Source: Candidatus Latescibacterota bacterium
GTDB lineage: Bacteria > Latescibacterota > UBA2968
Direction of reading: 5' to 3'
NCBI GenBank assembly: GCA_965222605.1
Contig: OZ244960.1
Location: 3,808,001-3,872,000 of the forward strand
Length of the DNA stretch: 64,000 bases
The position numbers and the translations under genes were made by a program. Within the stretch, counting starts at the first letter, position 1. Every line of letters starts with the position of its first letter. The notes below the pieces were generated by a model. That model made no database searches. It saw only the letters and a program-made list of their open reading frames with translations, and was not told the DNA's origin. Positions 38,174 to 47,717 of this stretch are shown one piece after another.

Positions 38174-38689
38174 ATGACCCGATCCAAACTCGGGCACCGC
38201 ATTTATCAGACGTCGCATTTGACCGGACAATTTACGTTGCGCTCTGGCGCGATTGCCACAGAGTATTTCGACAAGTATCAGTTTGAAACCCGTCCCGAAC
38301 TTCTCTGCGAACTCGTCTCACATCTCCAGCCTTTGATTCCCGACAATACAGATGTTCTCGCAGGTCTCGAACTCGGTGGCGTGCCCATTGCGACTATGCT
38401 TTCTCAGTTGTCTGGGTTGCCCACATGTTTTGTGCGAAAAGAAGCCAAAACTTATGGCACTTGCAAACTCGCCGAAGGTATTGACATATCTGGCAAGAAT
38501 CTTCTGGTCGTTGAAGATGTCGTCACTTCTGGCGGGCAAGTTGTTCTATCCACTCGGGACCTTCGCAACCTGGGCGCGCGCGTTTCGCAGGCGATATGTG
38601 TGATTGACCGCGAGTCCGGTGGCGCAGAGAATCTCGCCAAAGAGGGTATTGAACTCCGCGCGCTGTTTCGGATGAGTGAGTTGACGTGA
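38174..38689 (+). CDS. pyrE: Orotate phosphoribosyltransferase
   Basis: FTLRSG...EYFDK, VRKEAKTYG, VVEDVVTSGG PRPP-binding motif, VIDR. Confidence 0.9.
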   Translation: MTRSKLGHRIYQTSHLTGQFTLRSGAIATEYFDKYQFETRPELLCELVSHLQPLIPDNTDVLAGLELGGVPIATMLSQLSGLPTCFVRKEAKTYGTCKLAEGIDISGKNLLVVEDVVTSGGQVVLSTRDLRNLGARVSQAICVIDRESGGAENLAKEGIELRALFRMSELT

Positions 38690-38711
38690 CAGTGGGGGCG
38701 GAATCGGTCTT

Positions 38712-39293
38712 ATGAGTACCTTTCAAAGGATTGCGACATCCCTATCAGCGTATCAACCCAATACGCGTTTGGAAACGGATAAAACGCAGGCGGCTGTTGC
38801 TGCGGTTTTTCATCCGCGACGGGATGATCTCTATCTTCTTTTTATCGAGCGTGCGGCGCATCCGACAGACCCCTGGTCGGGGCATATTGCCTTTCCCGGT
38901 GGCACAGCCGAACCCGAGGATCCCGATCTCAAATACACGGCTGAGCGCGAGACTCGCGAGGAACTCGGGCTTGATCTGAGCAGCGCGCAATACCTCGGTC
39001 GTCTGGACGATGTCACGGGCGCGACGCTGCCCATCCAGGTCGCGAGTTTTGTTTATGCGACCCATCAGGACGTTGAAGTTGCGCCCAATGATGAAGTACG
39101 CGACGTTTTTTGGACGCCTTTTGCACATTTCGTCGATTCTTCGCGGTGGCAAACGCTCAATCTCGAAGGTTGGCGCAATATGCCGGCTATTGATTTGCTC
39201 GGTTCCAAACGTCCCGTGCTGTGGGGGCTGACCTATCGCATGGTCGCGCAATTGGCGGGGTTTGCGGGTATTGATTTACCCCAAAAGCCATAG
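38712..39293 (+). CDS. Nudix hydrolase, CoA pyrophosphatase-like
   Basis: WSGHIAFPGG, Nudix box TAERETREELG, NDEV, LWGLT. Confidence 0.88.
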   Translation: MSTFQRIATSLSAYQPNTRLETDKTQAAVAAVFHPRRDDLYLLFIERAAHPTDPWSGHIAFPGGTAEPEDPDLKYTAERETREELGLDLSSAQYLGRLDDVTGATLPIQVASFVYATHQDVEVAPNDEVRDVFWTPFAHFVDSSRWQTLNLEGWRNMPAIDLLGSKRPVLWGLTYRMVAQLAGFAGIDLPQKP

Positions 39294-39345
39294 AAGATCG
39301 TGCTGTTTGGGACCGAGGTAACTTTAATCCCAATTGAGGAGAACA

Positions 39346-40188
39346 ATGACTGAACTCAAACAAAAGGCGACACCAGATCGCGTTGAGATATTCCGCAGCG
39401 AACAAAAAGATCCCATTCTTGTTCAGTTCGCCAAAGCCGACACCCGTGCCTACATTCACCCCATTGTGGCACCCGACGGCAATGGTATCCTCACCGAAGA
39501 TACCCCTTCGCACCACCCCTGGCAGCATGGCCTTTATGTAGGTCTCAACGAAGTCAACGGAGTTGGCTTCTGGACAGAAGGACTACAGGAACGGCGCAAA
39601 GATCAGGACGGGACCTTTCACCCCGAACCGATCAGCAATACAGATGTACACAATAACACTGCCACCTGGACCGTTACCAGTGAATGGCGAGATCCCAACG
39701 GTGCGCCCATGCTGACCGAAACACAGGCATGGAGCTTCATCGATCAGGGCGACACGTACGATATCGATATCAACTGGTCCCTCACCGCATCAATTGATCT
39801 CACTTTTGGTGAATACGCCTATGGCGGTCTCTTTCTTCGAATGCCTTACAAAAGAGATCTCGGTGGAGAGGCCATCAACAGTGAGGGTCAGACCAATCGC
39901 GACGCTGAAGGACAACGCGCACAATGGGTTTCTGTCTCCATCCCCATCGAAGGACGCACCGACTGGGCAGGCATTGCGATGATGGATCACCCCACTAATC
40001 CCGAGCATCCCAACCCCTGGCGCGTTGACGGCCAACTCGGTATCGTTCCCAGCCGCTGTATTGCTGGTCCCTGGACGCTGGCACAAGGTGAGACAACCAC
40101 AAGTAAGTATCGGTTGTTTGTATTCTGTGGCAGAACGAATATTTCGTGTATTGAAGAAAATTGGGTCAATTTTTCGAATAGTAAATAG
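39346..40188 (+). CDS. PmoA-named/DUF6807-type beta-sandwich protein (function unknown)
   Basis: YIHPI, HHPWQHGL, YGGLFLRM, MDHPTNP...W motifs. Confidence 0.7.
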   Translation: MTELKQKATPDRVEIFRSEQKDPILVQFAKADTRAYIHPIVAPDGNGILTEDTPSHHPWQHGLYVGLNEVNGVGFWTEGLQERRKDQDGTFHPEPISNTDVHNNTATWTVTSEWRDPNGAPMLTETQAWSFIDQGDTYDIDINWSLTASIDLTFGEYAYGGLFLRMPYKRDLGGEAINSEGQTNRDAEGQRAQWVSVSIPIEGRTDWAGIAMMDHPTNPEHPNPWRVDGQLGIVPSRCIAGPWTLAQGETTTSKYRLFVFCGRTNISCIEENWVNFSNSK

Positions 40189-40228
40189 TCGATAAACCCG
40201 CCGCTCTTCTACTTCTCCATCCTATTTC

Positions 40229-42229
40229 TCATTCCACGATCCGAAGTTTGTCTTCTGCACCATACAGGCTATAGACTTTCTGTACCTGATCCAATTCCCT
40301 TTCTTCAATTCTTATGGTGAGTGGCCGGGGGGCAAGCAGTGAGAGGAGTCCCGGTCGCCCGATATGTCGGGAGATGTAGGGTACGACCCCTTCCTGTCGG
40401 TAGCGCTGCGTATGGTGCGGCTCAATTCCCCCTCTGGAGCCGAGGATGATTTCGGATATTCGATCGTCCAGGATTGCCGCGTACAGGGCGATGTCATCGA
40501 CGTATCCATAGCAGGCTGCCTGCTGAATACCCCGCTGTTTCAGGAGGTCCAATACCTCAATTACGTGCTGTACGTTGGCCGTTGTCGAAGGTTCTCCCAG
40601 CAGCATCCCGCTGTCGTCCAGGCCGACACAATCCAGGGCCAGGACGGTTGTGCCAGAAGTTAGCAGGTGCCGCACTTCGCTCGTTTGCAGGGCACCCTGT
40701 TTGGTGCGGCTCTGGTGGAGATAGAGGGCTGTATTTTCTGATGTATGCTTTGGCGTTAATAGAAAGGATGAGAGGCCGAGAGCACCGTAGCGGATTTCTT
40801 CCGCAGTAAATACATCTTCTTCAAATGTTCGGATGGTTTCGGGTGAGATGTGCGGCTTGTTTTCGGGTATGGCGAGGGCTTTCGCCACCGATTCCCGCAG
40901 GGTTATCCGTACGCTTTTCCAGTCTTCCAGTTTTTGCGGAATGTCCAGCTTGGGTGGCAATCCTTTCATGATCGATGCCACCCATCCCCGCATCGCAAAT
41001 TCCGGTTTTTCATAGCCTTTCGGCGGCAAGCAGGCGAGTTCGCGAGTCGGTACAGGTACCACATTTAGATCGACGACTACGGTTCCGGCGTAGTGCTTAT
41101 GGCTTTTATAGCCCTGCTCGATATCGATTCCGTGTGCATCTGTCCAATCTCCCAGATAGACTTCTGGTAGTCGTTGTACTGCTTCTGCGTCGAATTTCGG
41201 CATGCCCAGGTGCTTTTCCACCCAGGCGAAGGCGGGTTTGTTGAGGAAGTATGGCCGGTGCCCGCCCTTTGGGGTGATGTGGATGTCGAACCGATCCACA
41301 ACGCCGCAAATGTCATAGACCCGTTGCACTTGTCGGCAGGTTTCCAGTAGTCCACGATAAGCAGCGGGAGGATAGTCCCACTCGCCGGCCAGGATGAGCG
41401 TGGCACATCGGGGGGCGCCCATCGCGATTTGTTCCGGCATATCGACGTAGTGCTTGAGGCGATAAGGACGCCATTCGCAACTCAGGTCGCCCACAATGTA
41501 GTCGAAATGGGTTACCCAGGAGGCGGGCAGGCTGAGGGCCAGGCGGTCGTCCGTGCAGAGGACGTTCATGGTGATGGTGCAGCCGAGAGAGTGGCCCACA
41601 CAGCCGATCCGATCGGTATCTACTTCGGGACGGATATGGAGGTAGTCGATGCCGCGGGTGATGTCGTAGGTCATTTTGCCGATGACTGAGCGGCCCACTT
41701 CAAAGCACCGGTCAATTCTGAAGTCCAAACGGTGACCGCGTATTCCCGGGCGGTTTTCTTCGTCCCGTTCCTCTTCGCCCACAGGGTCGGGGATGAGGCA
41801 GATGATGCCCGCTTTGGCGTAGATCTGGCCCGCGTAGTGGTTGTAGAACGCGCTTTTGCTCCCGCCGTGACCGCTGGGAAAGATGAGGGCTGGGACCGGA
41901 AAGGTTACGTCTTTTGGCAGGAAGAGGTGAGCGGCTACAGAGGAACCCGGTTCGGCGTCGTAGATGACTTTTTCGATGGTGAAGTCGTCTCTTTCGATTT
42001 TCCCGACCGTGCGGGGGCTAAGGGGACCGCTGGTTTCAGGGAAATCGAAGACTGTGCGGAGGCTGGGGCGTAGCCTGGCGGTGTGGGTCTCCCATTCTTC
42101 CCGGGTACCGGGGAAGGTGTCGCTGATCCGCTGTCTGGGGAGTTCTGACAGTTTTTCTCGCAGGTAAGCCACGTAGTGGGCCTGTACTTTTGTGTGATCG
42201 AGATATCTGTGTGTGTTCACGGTGTCCAC
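40229..42229 (-). CDS. Alpha/beta hydrolase, acetylxylan esterase-like, two-domain
   Basis: IEKVIY, PSGHGGSK, IDYL..RPEVD..RIGCVGHSLG nucleophile, GGH; degenerate second domain ending LLAPRPL. Confidence 0.75.
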   Translation of the reverse strand: MDTVNTHRYLDHTKVQAHYVAYLREKLSELPRQRISDTFPGTREEWETHTARLRPSLRTVFDFPETSGPLSPRTVGKIERDDFTIEKVIYDAEPGSSVAAHLFLPKDVTFPVPALIFPSGHGGSKSAFYNHYAGQIYAKAGIICLIPDPVGEEERDEENRPGIRGHRLDFRIDRCFEVGRSVIGKMTYDITRGIDYLHIRPEVDTDRIGCVGHSLGCTITMNVLCTDDRLALSLPASWVTHFDYIVGDLSCEWRPYRLKHYVDMPEQIAMGAPRCATLILAGEWDYPPAAYRGLLETCRQVQRVYDICGVVDRFDIHITPKGGHRPYFLNKPAFAWVEKHLGMPKFDAEAVQRLPEVYLGDWTDAHGIDIEQGYKSHKHYAGTVVVDLNVVPVPTRELACLPPKGYEKPEFAMRGWVASIMKGLPPKLDIPQKLEDWKSVRITLRESVAKALAIPENKPHISPETIRTFEEDVFTAEEIRYGALGLSSFLLTPKHTSENTALYLHQSRTKQGALQTSEVRHLLTSGTTVLALDCVGLDDSGMLLGEPSTTANVQHVIEVLDLLKQRGIQQAACYGYVDDIALYAAILDDRISEIILGSRGGIEPHHTQRYRQEGVVPYISRHIGRPGLLSLLAPRPLTIRIEERELDQVQKVYSLYGAEDKLRIVE

Positions 42230-42267
42230 CTTTCAGAGAAGAAGTTCCGGAAACAAGAAAATCGGAT

Positions 42268-42339
42268 GTGAACCCGGGGGCAATAAAAAAATGAGCGCTT
42301 CCGATTTGATTTCTGCTTGATTTATCCCCCCGGGTTCAC
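42268..42339. repeat. 13-bp perfect inverted repeat with 46-nt spacer in a divergent intergenic region
   Basis: GTGAACCCGGGGG (42268-42280) / CCCCCGGGTTCAC (42327-42339). Confidence 0.7.
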
Positions 42340-42408
42340 GACTTTAACGCGGGCAGGAGATGAGGTCGATACTGGTTTTTAATACTAATTTGAGAAGGAT
42401 TATCCGAT

Positions 42409-43170
42409 ATGGCGGAACGCAAGAAGTTGTTGATTACGGGGGCAGCGGGCAAGATTGGGACGGCGCTGCGAAAGCATCTGCGGAACCGATACGATTTTCG
42501 ATTGATGTTTCACTCTCAGATTCCAGACGATCTGGACGAGAAGGACGAGGTGGTGGTTTCGGATATTTCTAATTTTGAGGCAATGGTAGAGGCGGCTGAT
42601 GGCGTAGATGCGATTGCCCATCTGGCTCTTTTTAGAACCTGGCAGGGGATGCCGAATGCACAGAGGGCGCAGGTGACGTTTGATGTGGATATGAAGGGAA
42701 CGTACAATATCTACGAAGCAGCGCGGATTAACCGGGTGCCAACGGTGGTCTATGCCAGTACGAATCACGTAACTGGAATGAACGAGAAGGAGGGCATTTG
42801 TTCGGAGCCTGACAAACCCGTGCGCCCGGACGGGATCTACGGGGCTGGCAAGGCGTTTGGAGAGGCTCTGGGACGGTTTTACGCCGATCAGTACGGAATG
42901 CGGGTGTTTTGTTTGCGGATCGCCAATTTCAATGGGCTGGATGAACCGGGGCGAGATTATGAGCCGGGGCAGTCCCGCTGGTTCAGTCCTCGGGATATCG
43001 CTCAGATGACCTGGCGATGCATTGAGGCAGAGGATCTGAAGTTTGAGATTTTCTACGGGGTGTCTCGGGGGGGCGAAGAGAAGTGGGATTTGTCCAATGC
43101 GCGGGAACTGATAGGGTACGAGCCGGAGGATGATGGTTCTCTGTCGGAACACCGGGCGAAGTATAAATAA
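42409..43170 (+). CDS. NAD-dependent epimerase/dehydratase, uronate dehydrogenase-like
   Basis: ITGAAGKIG, YASTNH, PDGIYGAGK (YxxxK), LRI, WFSPRD, LIGYEPED. Confidence 0.85.
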   Translation: MAERKKLLITGAAGKIGTALRKHLRNRYDFRLMFHSQIPDDLDEKDEVVVSDISNFEAMVEAADGVDAIAHLALFRTWQGMPNAQRAQVTFDVDMKGTYNIYEAARINRVPTVVYASTNHVTGMNEKEGICSEPDKPVRPDGIYGAGKAFGEALGRFYADQYGMRVFCLRIANFNGLDEPGRDYEPGQSRWFSPRDIAQMTWRCIEAEDLKFEIFYGVSRGGEEKWDLSNARELIGYEPEDDGSLSEHRAKYK

Positions 43171-43183
43171 GGAGAGGAATCGC

Positions 43184-43957
43184 GTGACAGACGAAGAGAG
43201 GTACCTGTTCGATTTGCATGGCTATCTGGTGCTCCGCGGCGTGCTAACGCAGCAGGAGGTGGATGAACTGAACGAGGTCTCGGACCGGGTGTACCCCAGA
43301 GATTACTCGGATGGCAACGATTCCAAGGGGCGCCGCGGCATTCGCAACGTCCGCTATGTCTCCCGGTGGGAGCCAGTCTGCCAGCGGCTGCTTGATCACC
43401 CGAGAATTGTGCCGATCCTGGCGGAGTTTCTCGGTCCCAAATTCCGCATTGACCACGATTACGCCATGTTCATGAACGCTGGCAGCGACAGCGGGAATCT
43501 GCACGGCCTGCCAGAATTGGGTACGCATCGATACTACTACTACCGGGATGGACAGGTGCGGACGGGTCTGACCGTCGTGACTTTCATGCTGGCTCCAGCC
43601 GGGGCGGGTGATGGTGGGTTTGTATGTATTCCGGGTAGCCACAAGGGCAATTTTCCTCAGAATCTGCCAGAGGATGTACGCACGTTGAAGAGAGTGCCGC
43701 CCTATGTGGTACAGCCCGAGGTGGATGCAGGCGATGTGGTCATTTTTACCGAAGCTTTGACCCACGGAACGAAGGGTTGGCGCGGTACCCATGAACGGCG
43801 TGCCTTTCTTTTCAAATACAACCCGGGACATATGGCCAATCAGGTGTCCTACGACCCGGCGGACTACGTTGAACCCACGCCACAGCAGCAACGGATTATG
43901 ACTGCCCCGTCGGTTGGCAGTCGGCCCAATGTGATCGCTCCGGACTCTACCCAATAG
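43184..43957 (+). CDS. PhyH family dioxygenase
   Basis: YLFDLHGYL, LHG, IPGSHK, AGDVVIFTEALTHG. Confidence 0.82.
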   Translation: MTDEERYLFDLHGYLVLRGVLTQQEVDELNEVSDRVYPRDYSDGNDSKGRRGIRNVRYVSRWEPVCQRLLDHPRIVPILAEFLGPKFRIDHDYAMFMNAGSDSGNLHGLPELGTHRYYYYRDGQVRTGLTVVTFMLAPAGAGDGGFVCIPGSHKGNFPQNLPEDVRTLKRVPPYVVQPEVDAGDVVIFTEALTHGTKGWRGTHERRAFLFKYNPGHMANQVSYDPADYVEPTPQQQRIMTAPSVGSRPNVIAPDSTQ

Positions 43958-45176
43958 GTGCTGCGTTGAAATAGTCCTCATTTCCAAAATAGGGAAACAT
44001 TCCGAATCCCGCTTCCCGGTCTCGGTGTTCCCATACCAGGCCGGTTTCGCAATAACTCAGCGATCCGTGTGCTGGTGGTGAAAACTCGGGATGCCCCAGT
44101 AAATCGCTTCGGAACCAGACGCTTCGGTGCCGAAAACAAACCCCCTTCTCCAGATTTTCCCGCATAAATTCCACGATATGCGGAAAGGTGCGCTGGAATT
44201 CTGTACCCCGCCCGTATTCAATATGTGTCTTCAGCCCCTCCCCTGCGGCTTGCACCTCACCCATTGACATCGGTATCCCATTTTTTAGAAATAGCGCGTC
44301 CGTATTCGGATCTACCACCACCCACTTGCCAAACTGATCGAACCAGACCTCCGCTACAAAATGTCCATTGAAACCGTTCACTTCCTCTGTCAATACCGCG
44401 CACCGGGCCGGAATGCCAACGGCTTGAGCGCAACTCACAAAAGCCGCTGCATAGTGTACACACATTGCCACTGGCCGTTTTCCATTGTGCCCAACCTGCC
44501 CCGGAGCCCAGGCCAACAGGGTTTCGGCATCCCACGGCGCATACTGTTCTGCCCTTGTTGAACTGGTGTGTTCCCAACTGGATGCCAGCCAGGCAGATAA
44601 TGCGCGTATCCGTTTGATCAGTGGTCCCTCATCACGTGCTACCGGCGGCAGCATCCGTCTTAAGGATTCAAATCTGGGTGAATCTGCAATTTCCCATACC
44701 ATAGGCGGCGGTGGGGGATCCTCTCCTTCGGCTAACCTGACCCGAATGATGTATTCACCCAGAACCGCGTTTAAGTATCCCATCCGCTCACTGCGCCAGG
44801 TCTGCCCGCCATCATCGCTTACCGCGCTATCTGGCGTGGAATGTCCCGCTTCCATTGCCAGTGACCAGCCGGCCATTGCCGTGTGATCGGTCCACAGTTC
44901 AAAGGTGTTCTCGCCTTCCTTCAGTTCTGCCACCGATATTTCATACCATGAATACGCTCCGCTCCGCGTCGGTTTCAGCGCGGCAATTTTCTCACCATTC
45001 ACTGCCACCCGCAAGGGCGCGTCGTTTTCCGGATAGGGTCGGGCAAGAATATAAACTATCCCTGGCGCGTTTGTCGCAGGCAAAGTGAGCGTTTTGCGCG
45101 CCCGCCGAAAAATCGTTAATTCCTCACAAAGAGATGGCATTACCCGCCCCTCTTCGCTGTAGTATAATCGGCTCAT
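43947..45176 (-). CDS. Transglutaminase-like domain protein
   Basis: MCVHYA...GIPAR...GHFVAEVW...WVVVDP gives a Cys-His-Asp triad. Confidence 0.8.
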   Translation of the reverse strand: MSRLYYSEEGRVMPSLCEELTIFRRARKTLTLPATNAPGIVYILARPYPENDAPLRVAVNGEKIAALKPTRSGAYSWYEISVAELKEGENTFELWTDHTAMAGWSLAMEAGHSTPDSAVSDDGGQTWRSERMGYLNAVLGEYIIRVRLAEGEDPPPPPMVWEIADSPRFESLRRMLPPVARDEGPLIKRIRALSAWLASSWEHTSSTRAEQYAPWDAETLLAWAPGQVGHNGKRPVAMCVHYAAAFVSCAQAVGIPARCAVLTEEVNGFNGHFVAEVWFDQFGKWVVVDPNTDALFLKNGIPMSMGEVQAAGEGLKTHIEYGRGTEFQRTFPHIVEFMRENLEKGVCFRHRSVWFRSDLLGHPEFSPPAHGSLSYCETGLVWEHRDREAGFGMFPYFGNEDYFNAAPIG

Positions 45177-45263
45177 GTCAGCACCCCTTGTTGAAAAAAG
45201 CTTTATACGTCGCTGTACCATAATATAAGAATTTATGTACATCTCTCACCCGAATAAGTTACC

Positions 45264-45292
45264 TTGACACCGCCAGAGTCATACGTTAGTAT
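45264..45292 (+). promoter_or_regulatory. Sigma70-like promoter for tnpB
   Basis: TTGACA-17nt-TAGTAT, 51 nt upstream of the ATG. Confidence 0.5.
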
Positions 45293-45343
45293 GTTGATCA
45301 ACGCAGCTTCAGTGTGATGCTATAAAAAAGGTGCAATTAGAAA

Positions 45344-46465
45344 ATGATCAAAACACACAAAATAGCACTATTGGTCAATAACAGGCAAGCCACGCTTTTG
45401 TCGCGTCATTGTGGTTTTGCGCGTGTAGCATATAATTATGCACACCAGTTCATGTGCGATCACCTTGAAGAGACAGGCGAAATACTGCGTGTAGCCGCCT
45501 TAAAACGTGCCTTTAACAAGATCAAGTATGACGAATATAAGTGGTGCAAAGCGTTGAGTCAAAATGCGGGTAAGAATGCTATTCATGATTTGGATTCAGG
45601 CATTGAAAAGTGGCTCGATGACAAATTGCCGAACCGCAAGCCTAAAAAACGCAAGCGGTCACATGGACAATCGTTTCGTGCAGATAATGGACCAGGAACG
45701 GTCTGCGTTGACAGACGGCGCGTTAAGTTGCCGAAAGTTGGCTGGCTGACGATGCGCGAAGCGTTGCGTTTTGACGGATCAATCAGGACAGCGACAATAA
45801 TTAAAGAGGCGGGACGCTGGTTTATGTGCTTATCCGTGAAAGTGGCTGATTCGTTACCGCCAAAGCGTAAGATTGGTAGCGTAATGGGTATAGATGTCGG
45901 CGTGAAAACACTGGCAGTAACGTCTGAGGGCGACTTCATTGAGAATCCGAAGCCACTGGTAAGACATCAAAAGAAGTTACGCAAAGTTGACAAAGCCATT
46001 GCACGGTCAAGAAATGTGTATGGCAAAAACAAGAGAAGCAACCGTAGAGACAGAAAGTATGCACAGCGACAAAAATTGCATGCCCGAATAAGAAATATCC
46101 GCGATGACCTACAACACAAGGCTACATCCGCCATCGTTGAGGCGAAGCACGTTAGAAAAGTTGTTGTAGAGACCTTGCAAATTAAAGGCATGCTTAAAAA
46201 CCGCAAACTTTCGAGGGCGATTGCAGATGCGTCCATGTCGAAGTTTATATCTAAGCTGAAATACAAGTGTGACTGGTCTGGTATCGAATTTGAACAAGCA
46301 GATATGTTCTTTCCGTCCACAAAGACATGCTCTTCTTGTGGAAACAGAAAAGCGCATATCGGCTTAGATATTCGTACTTATACGTGTTATGCTTGTAGTA
46401 TGGTGATGGATAGAGACTTAAACGCTGCAATCAATCTAAAACAATATCAGACGCGGTTAGCTTAA
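45344..46465 (+). CDS. tnpB: RNA-guided endonuclease TnpB (IS200/IS605/IS607 accessory protein)
   Basis: HTH start (HKIAL..NNRQ...CGFARVAYN); RuvC residues GIDVG / VVETL / DRDLNAA intact; Zn finger CSSC..CYAC. Confidence 0.93.
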   Translation: MIKTHKIALLVNNRQATLLSRHCGFARVAYNYAHQFMCDHLEETGEILRVAALKRAFNKIKYDEYKWCKALSQNAGKNAIHDLDSGIEKWLDDKLPNRKPKKRKRSHGQSFRADNGPGTVCVDRRRVKLPKVGWLTMREALRFDGSIRTATIIKEAGRWFMCLSVKVADSLPPKRKIGSVMGIDVGVKTLAVTSEGDFIENPKPLVRHQKKLRKVDKAIARSRNVYGKNKRSNRRDRKYAQRQKLHARIRNIRDDLQHKATSAIVEAKHVRKVVVETLQIKGMLKNRKLSRAIADASMSKFISKLKYKCDWSGIEFEQADMFFPSTKTCSSCGNRKAHIGLDIRTYTCYACSMVMDRDLNAAINLKQYQTRLA

Positions 46466-46605
46466 CCGAGTCTCAAAACGGATGTGGAGAATTGTAAGAC
46501 CTATGCGTTTATAGGCTGAATCTGTGAAGCGTCAATTTAACAATAAATACCTATTTTTGTATGTATTTACAGGTTTAAAGGAGCGGAGGACGGAATGAGC
46601 AATGA
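46440..46605 (+). ncRNA. Putative TnpB omega/reRNA (scaffold plus flanking guide)
   Basis: Position at the tnpB 3' end, local hairpins (CGGTTAGCTTAACCG; CCTAT..ATAGG). Inferred from known TnpB biology; boundaries approximate. Confidence 0.4.
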
Positions 46606-47695
46606 TCACGAAGACAGAGCATCGAGTATTCGCGTTACGGGATTGACTGCGATACCGATTGGTGTGAAGGGATATGTCAAGATCGAGACGAGTGCAGGGA
46701 TTACTGGCTGGGGTGAGATCAATAACATGGAGACAAATGTGACCTGCGCGCTTGCAGAGTCGCTTTCCGAGTTGATTATTGGAGAGAATCCCACGCGCAC
46801 GGAACACCTCTGGCAGCGGATGTTCCGCGCACATCGAAATATTCGCAATGGTGGTCTGATGGTTCACACGATTTCCGCGATTGATATGGCGCTGTGGGAT
46901 ATTTGTGGCAAGCTGCACGGGGTTCCGGTGTATCGCCTGTTGGGCGGTCCGTGTCGGGACAAGATATGGATGTATCCAAGTCCAAAGGCGATCAAGACCG
47001 GGCCGGGTGGTGCCCAATATTTCGCGGGTACGCCTGCCGAGATTGAGGCAATCGTTCAGAAGATTGTGGATGCGAGGGAGAAGGTGGGACACGACGGTGC
47101 CGTGATGTTCGATGCTCATAGTTGCCTGCCACCGCCCCTGGTCAGACAGTTCGCGGGCTATTTGAAGTCCGATGACTTGCTGTTTTTGGAAGAGGCGTGG
47201 GTGCCGGGGAATATAGAAAATATGAAGAAGGTCCGCGAGATGGTGCCGGTGCCTCTTGCGACGGGTGAGCGAGATCGCACGATCTGGGAGGTGCGGGAGA
47301 TTTTGGAAGCGCAGGTGATTGACGTGCTACAGCCTGATTGCGGTCACGGCGGAGGGATTACCCAGATGAAGAAGGTGGCTGCACTCGCCGAAGCGCATTT
47401 TGTCCCCATTGCACCGCATTGCACGATGTCCCATCTGGGTTTGACGGCCAGCCTGCATGTCGCAGCGTCGGTGCCGATGTTTTTGATCCACGAGGGCTAT
47501 GCGGGTGTGCTTCCCGAAGATGTGGCGATTAAGACCTGGGAAATGGATGACGAAGGCTATGTGTCGTTGCCCGAGGGACCCGGGCTGGGCGTTGAGGTCA
47601 ACGAAGCGCGCGCAATCGAAGTGGGTCGGGATCCAGCGCGTCAATTCAAGTGGCCAAATGCGAGGCTTCGAGATGGAGCGGTGTCGGATTATTGA
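46595..47695 (+). CDS. Mandelate racemase/muconate lactonizing enzyme family (galactonate dehydratase-like)
   Basis: GITGWGE, ISAIDMALWDICGK..GVPVYRLLGG, MFDAH, LEE, ATGER, QPD, IAPH. Confidence 0.88.
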   Translation: MSNDHEDRASSIRVTGLTAIPIGVKGYVKIETSAGITGWGEINNMETNVTCALAESLSELIIGENPTRTEHLWQRMFRAHRNIRNGGLMVHTISAIDMALWDICGKLHGVPVYRLLGGPCRDKIWMYPSPKAIKTGPGGAQYFAGTPAEIEAIVQKIVDAREKVGHDGAVMFDAHSCLPPPLVRQFAGYLKSDDLLFLEEAWVPGNIENMKKVREMVPVPLATGERDRTIWEVREILEAQVIDVLQPDCGHGGGITQMKKVAALAEAHFVPIAPHCTMSHLGLTASLHVAASVPMFLIHEGYAGVLPEDVAIKTWEMDDEGYVSLPEGPGLGVEVNEARAIEVGRDPARQFKWPNARLRDGAVSDY

Positions 47696-47717
47696 GAGGT
47701 CGAGGAGGAATAGGCTG

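Larger units (their letters stand above)
45210..46586 (+). mobile_element. Non-autonomous tnpB-only element (IS607-like right end; left boundary uncertain)
   Basis: tnpB with no tnpA. The 3' region has hairpins, then GTGAAGCGTCAA, an AT-rich tract and a ...GGAGCGG end resembling IS607-type right ends. Confidence 0.5.

Noticed and set aside
39346-40188. Methane monooxygenase subunit, suggested by the PmoA domain name
   Set aside because: Soluble beta-rich protein with no transmembrane helices and no pmoB/pmoC neighbours; the family name is misleading.
45295-46535. ISDra2-like boundaries (TTGAT...TCAA) for the tnpB element
   Set aside because: No convincing subterminal hairpins, and it would exclude the tnpB promoter. 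An IS607-like end at 46586 fits better, though this is not fully excluded.
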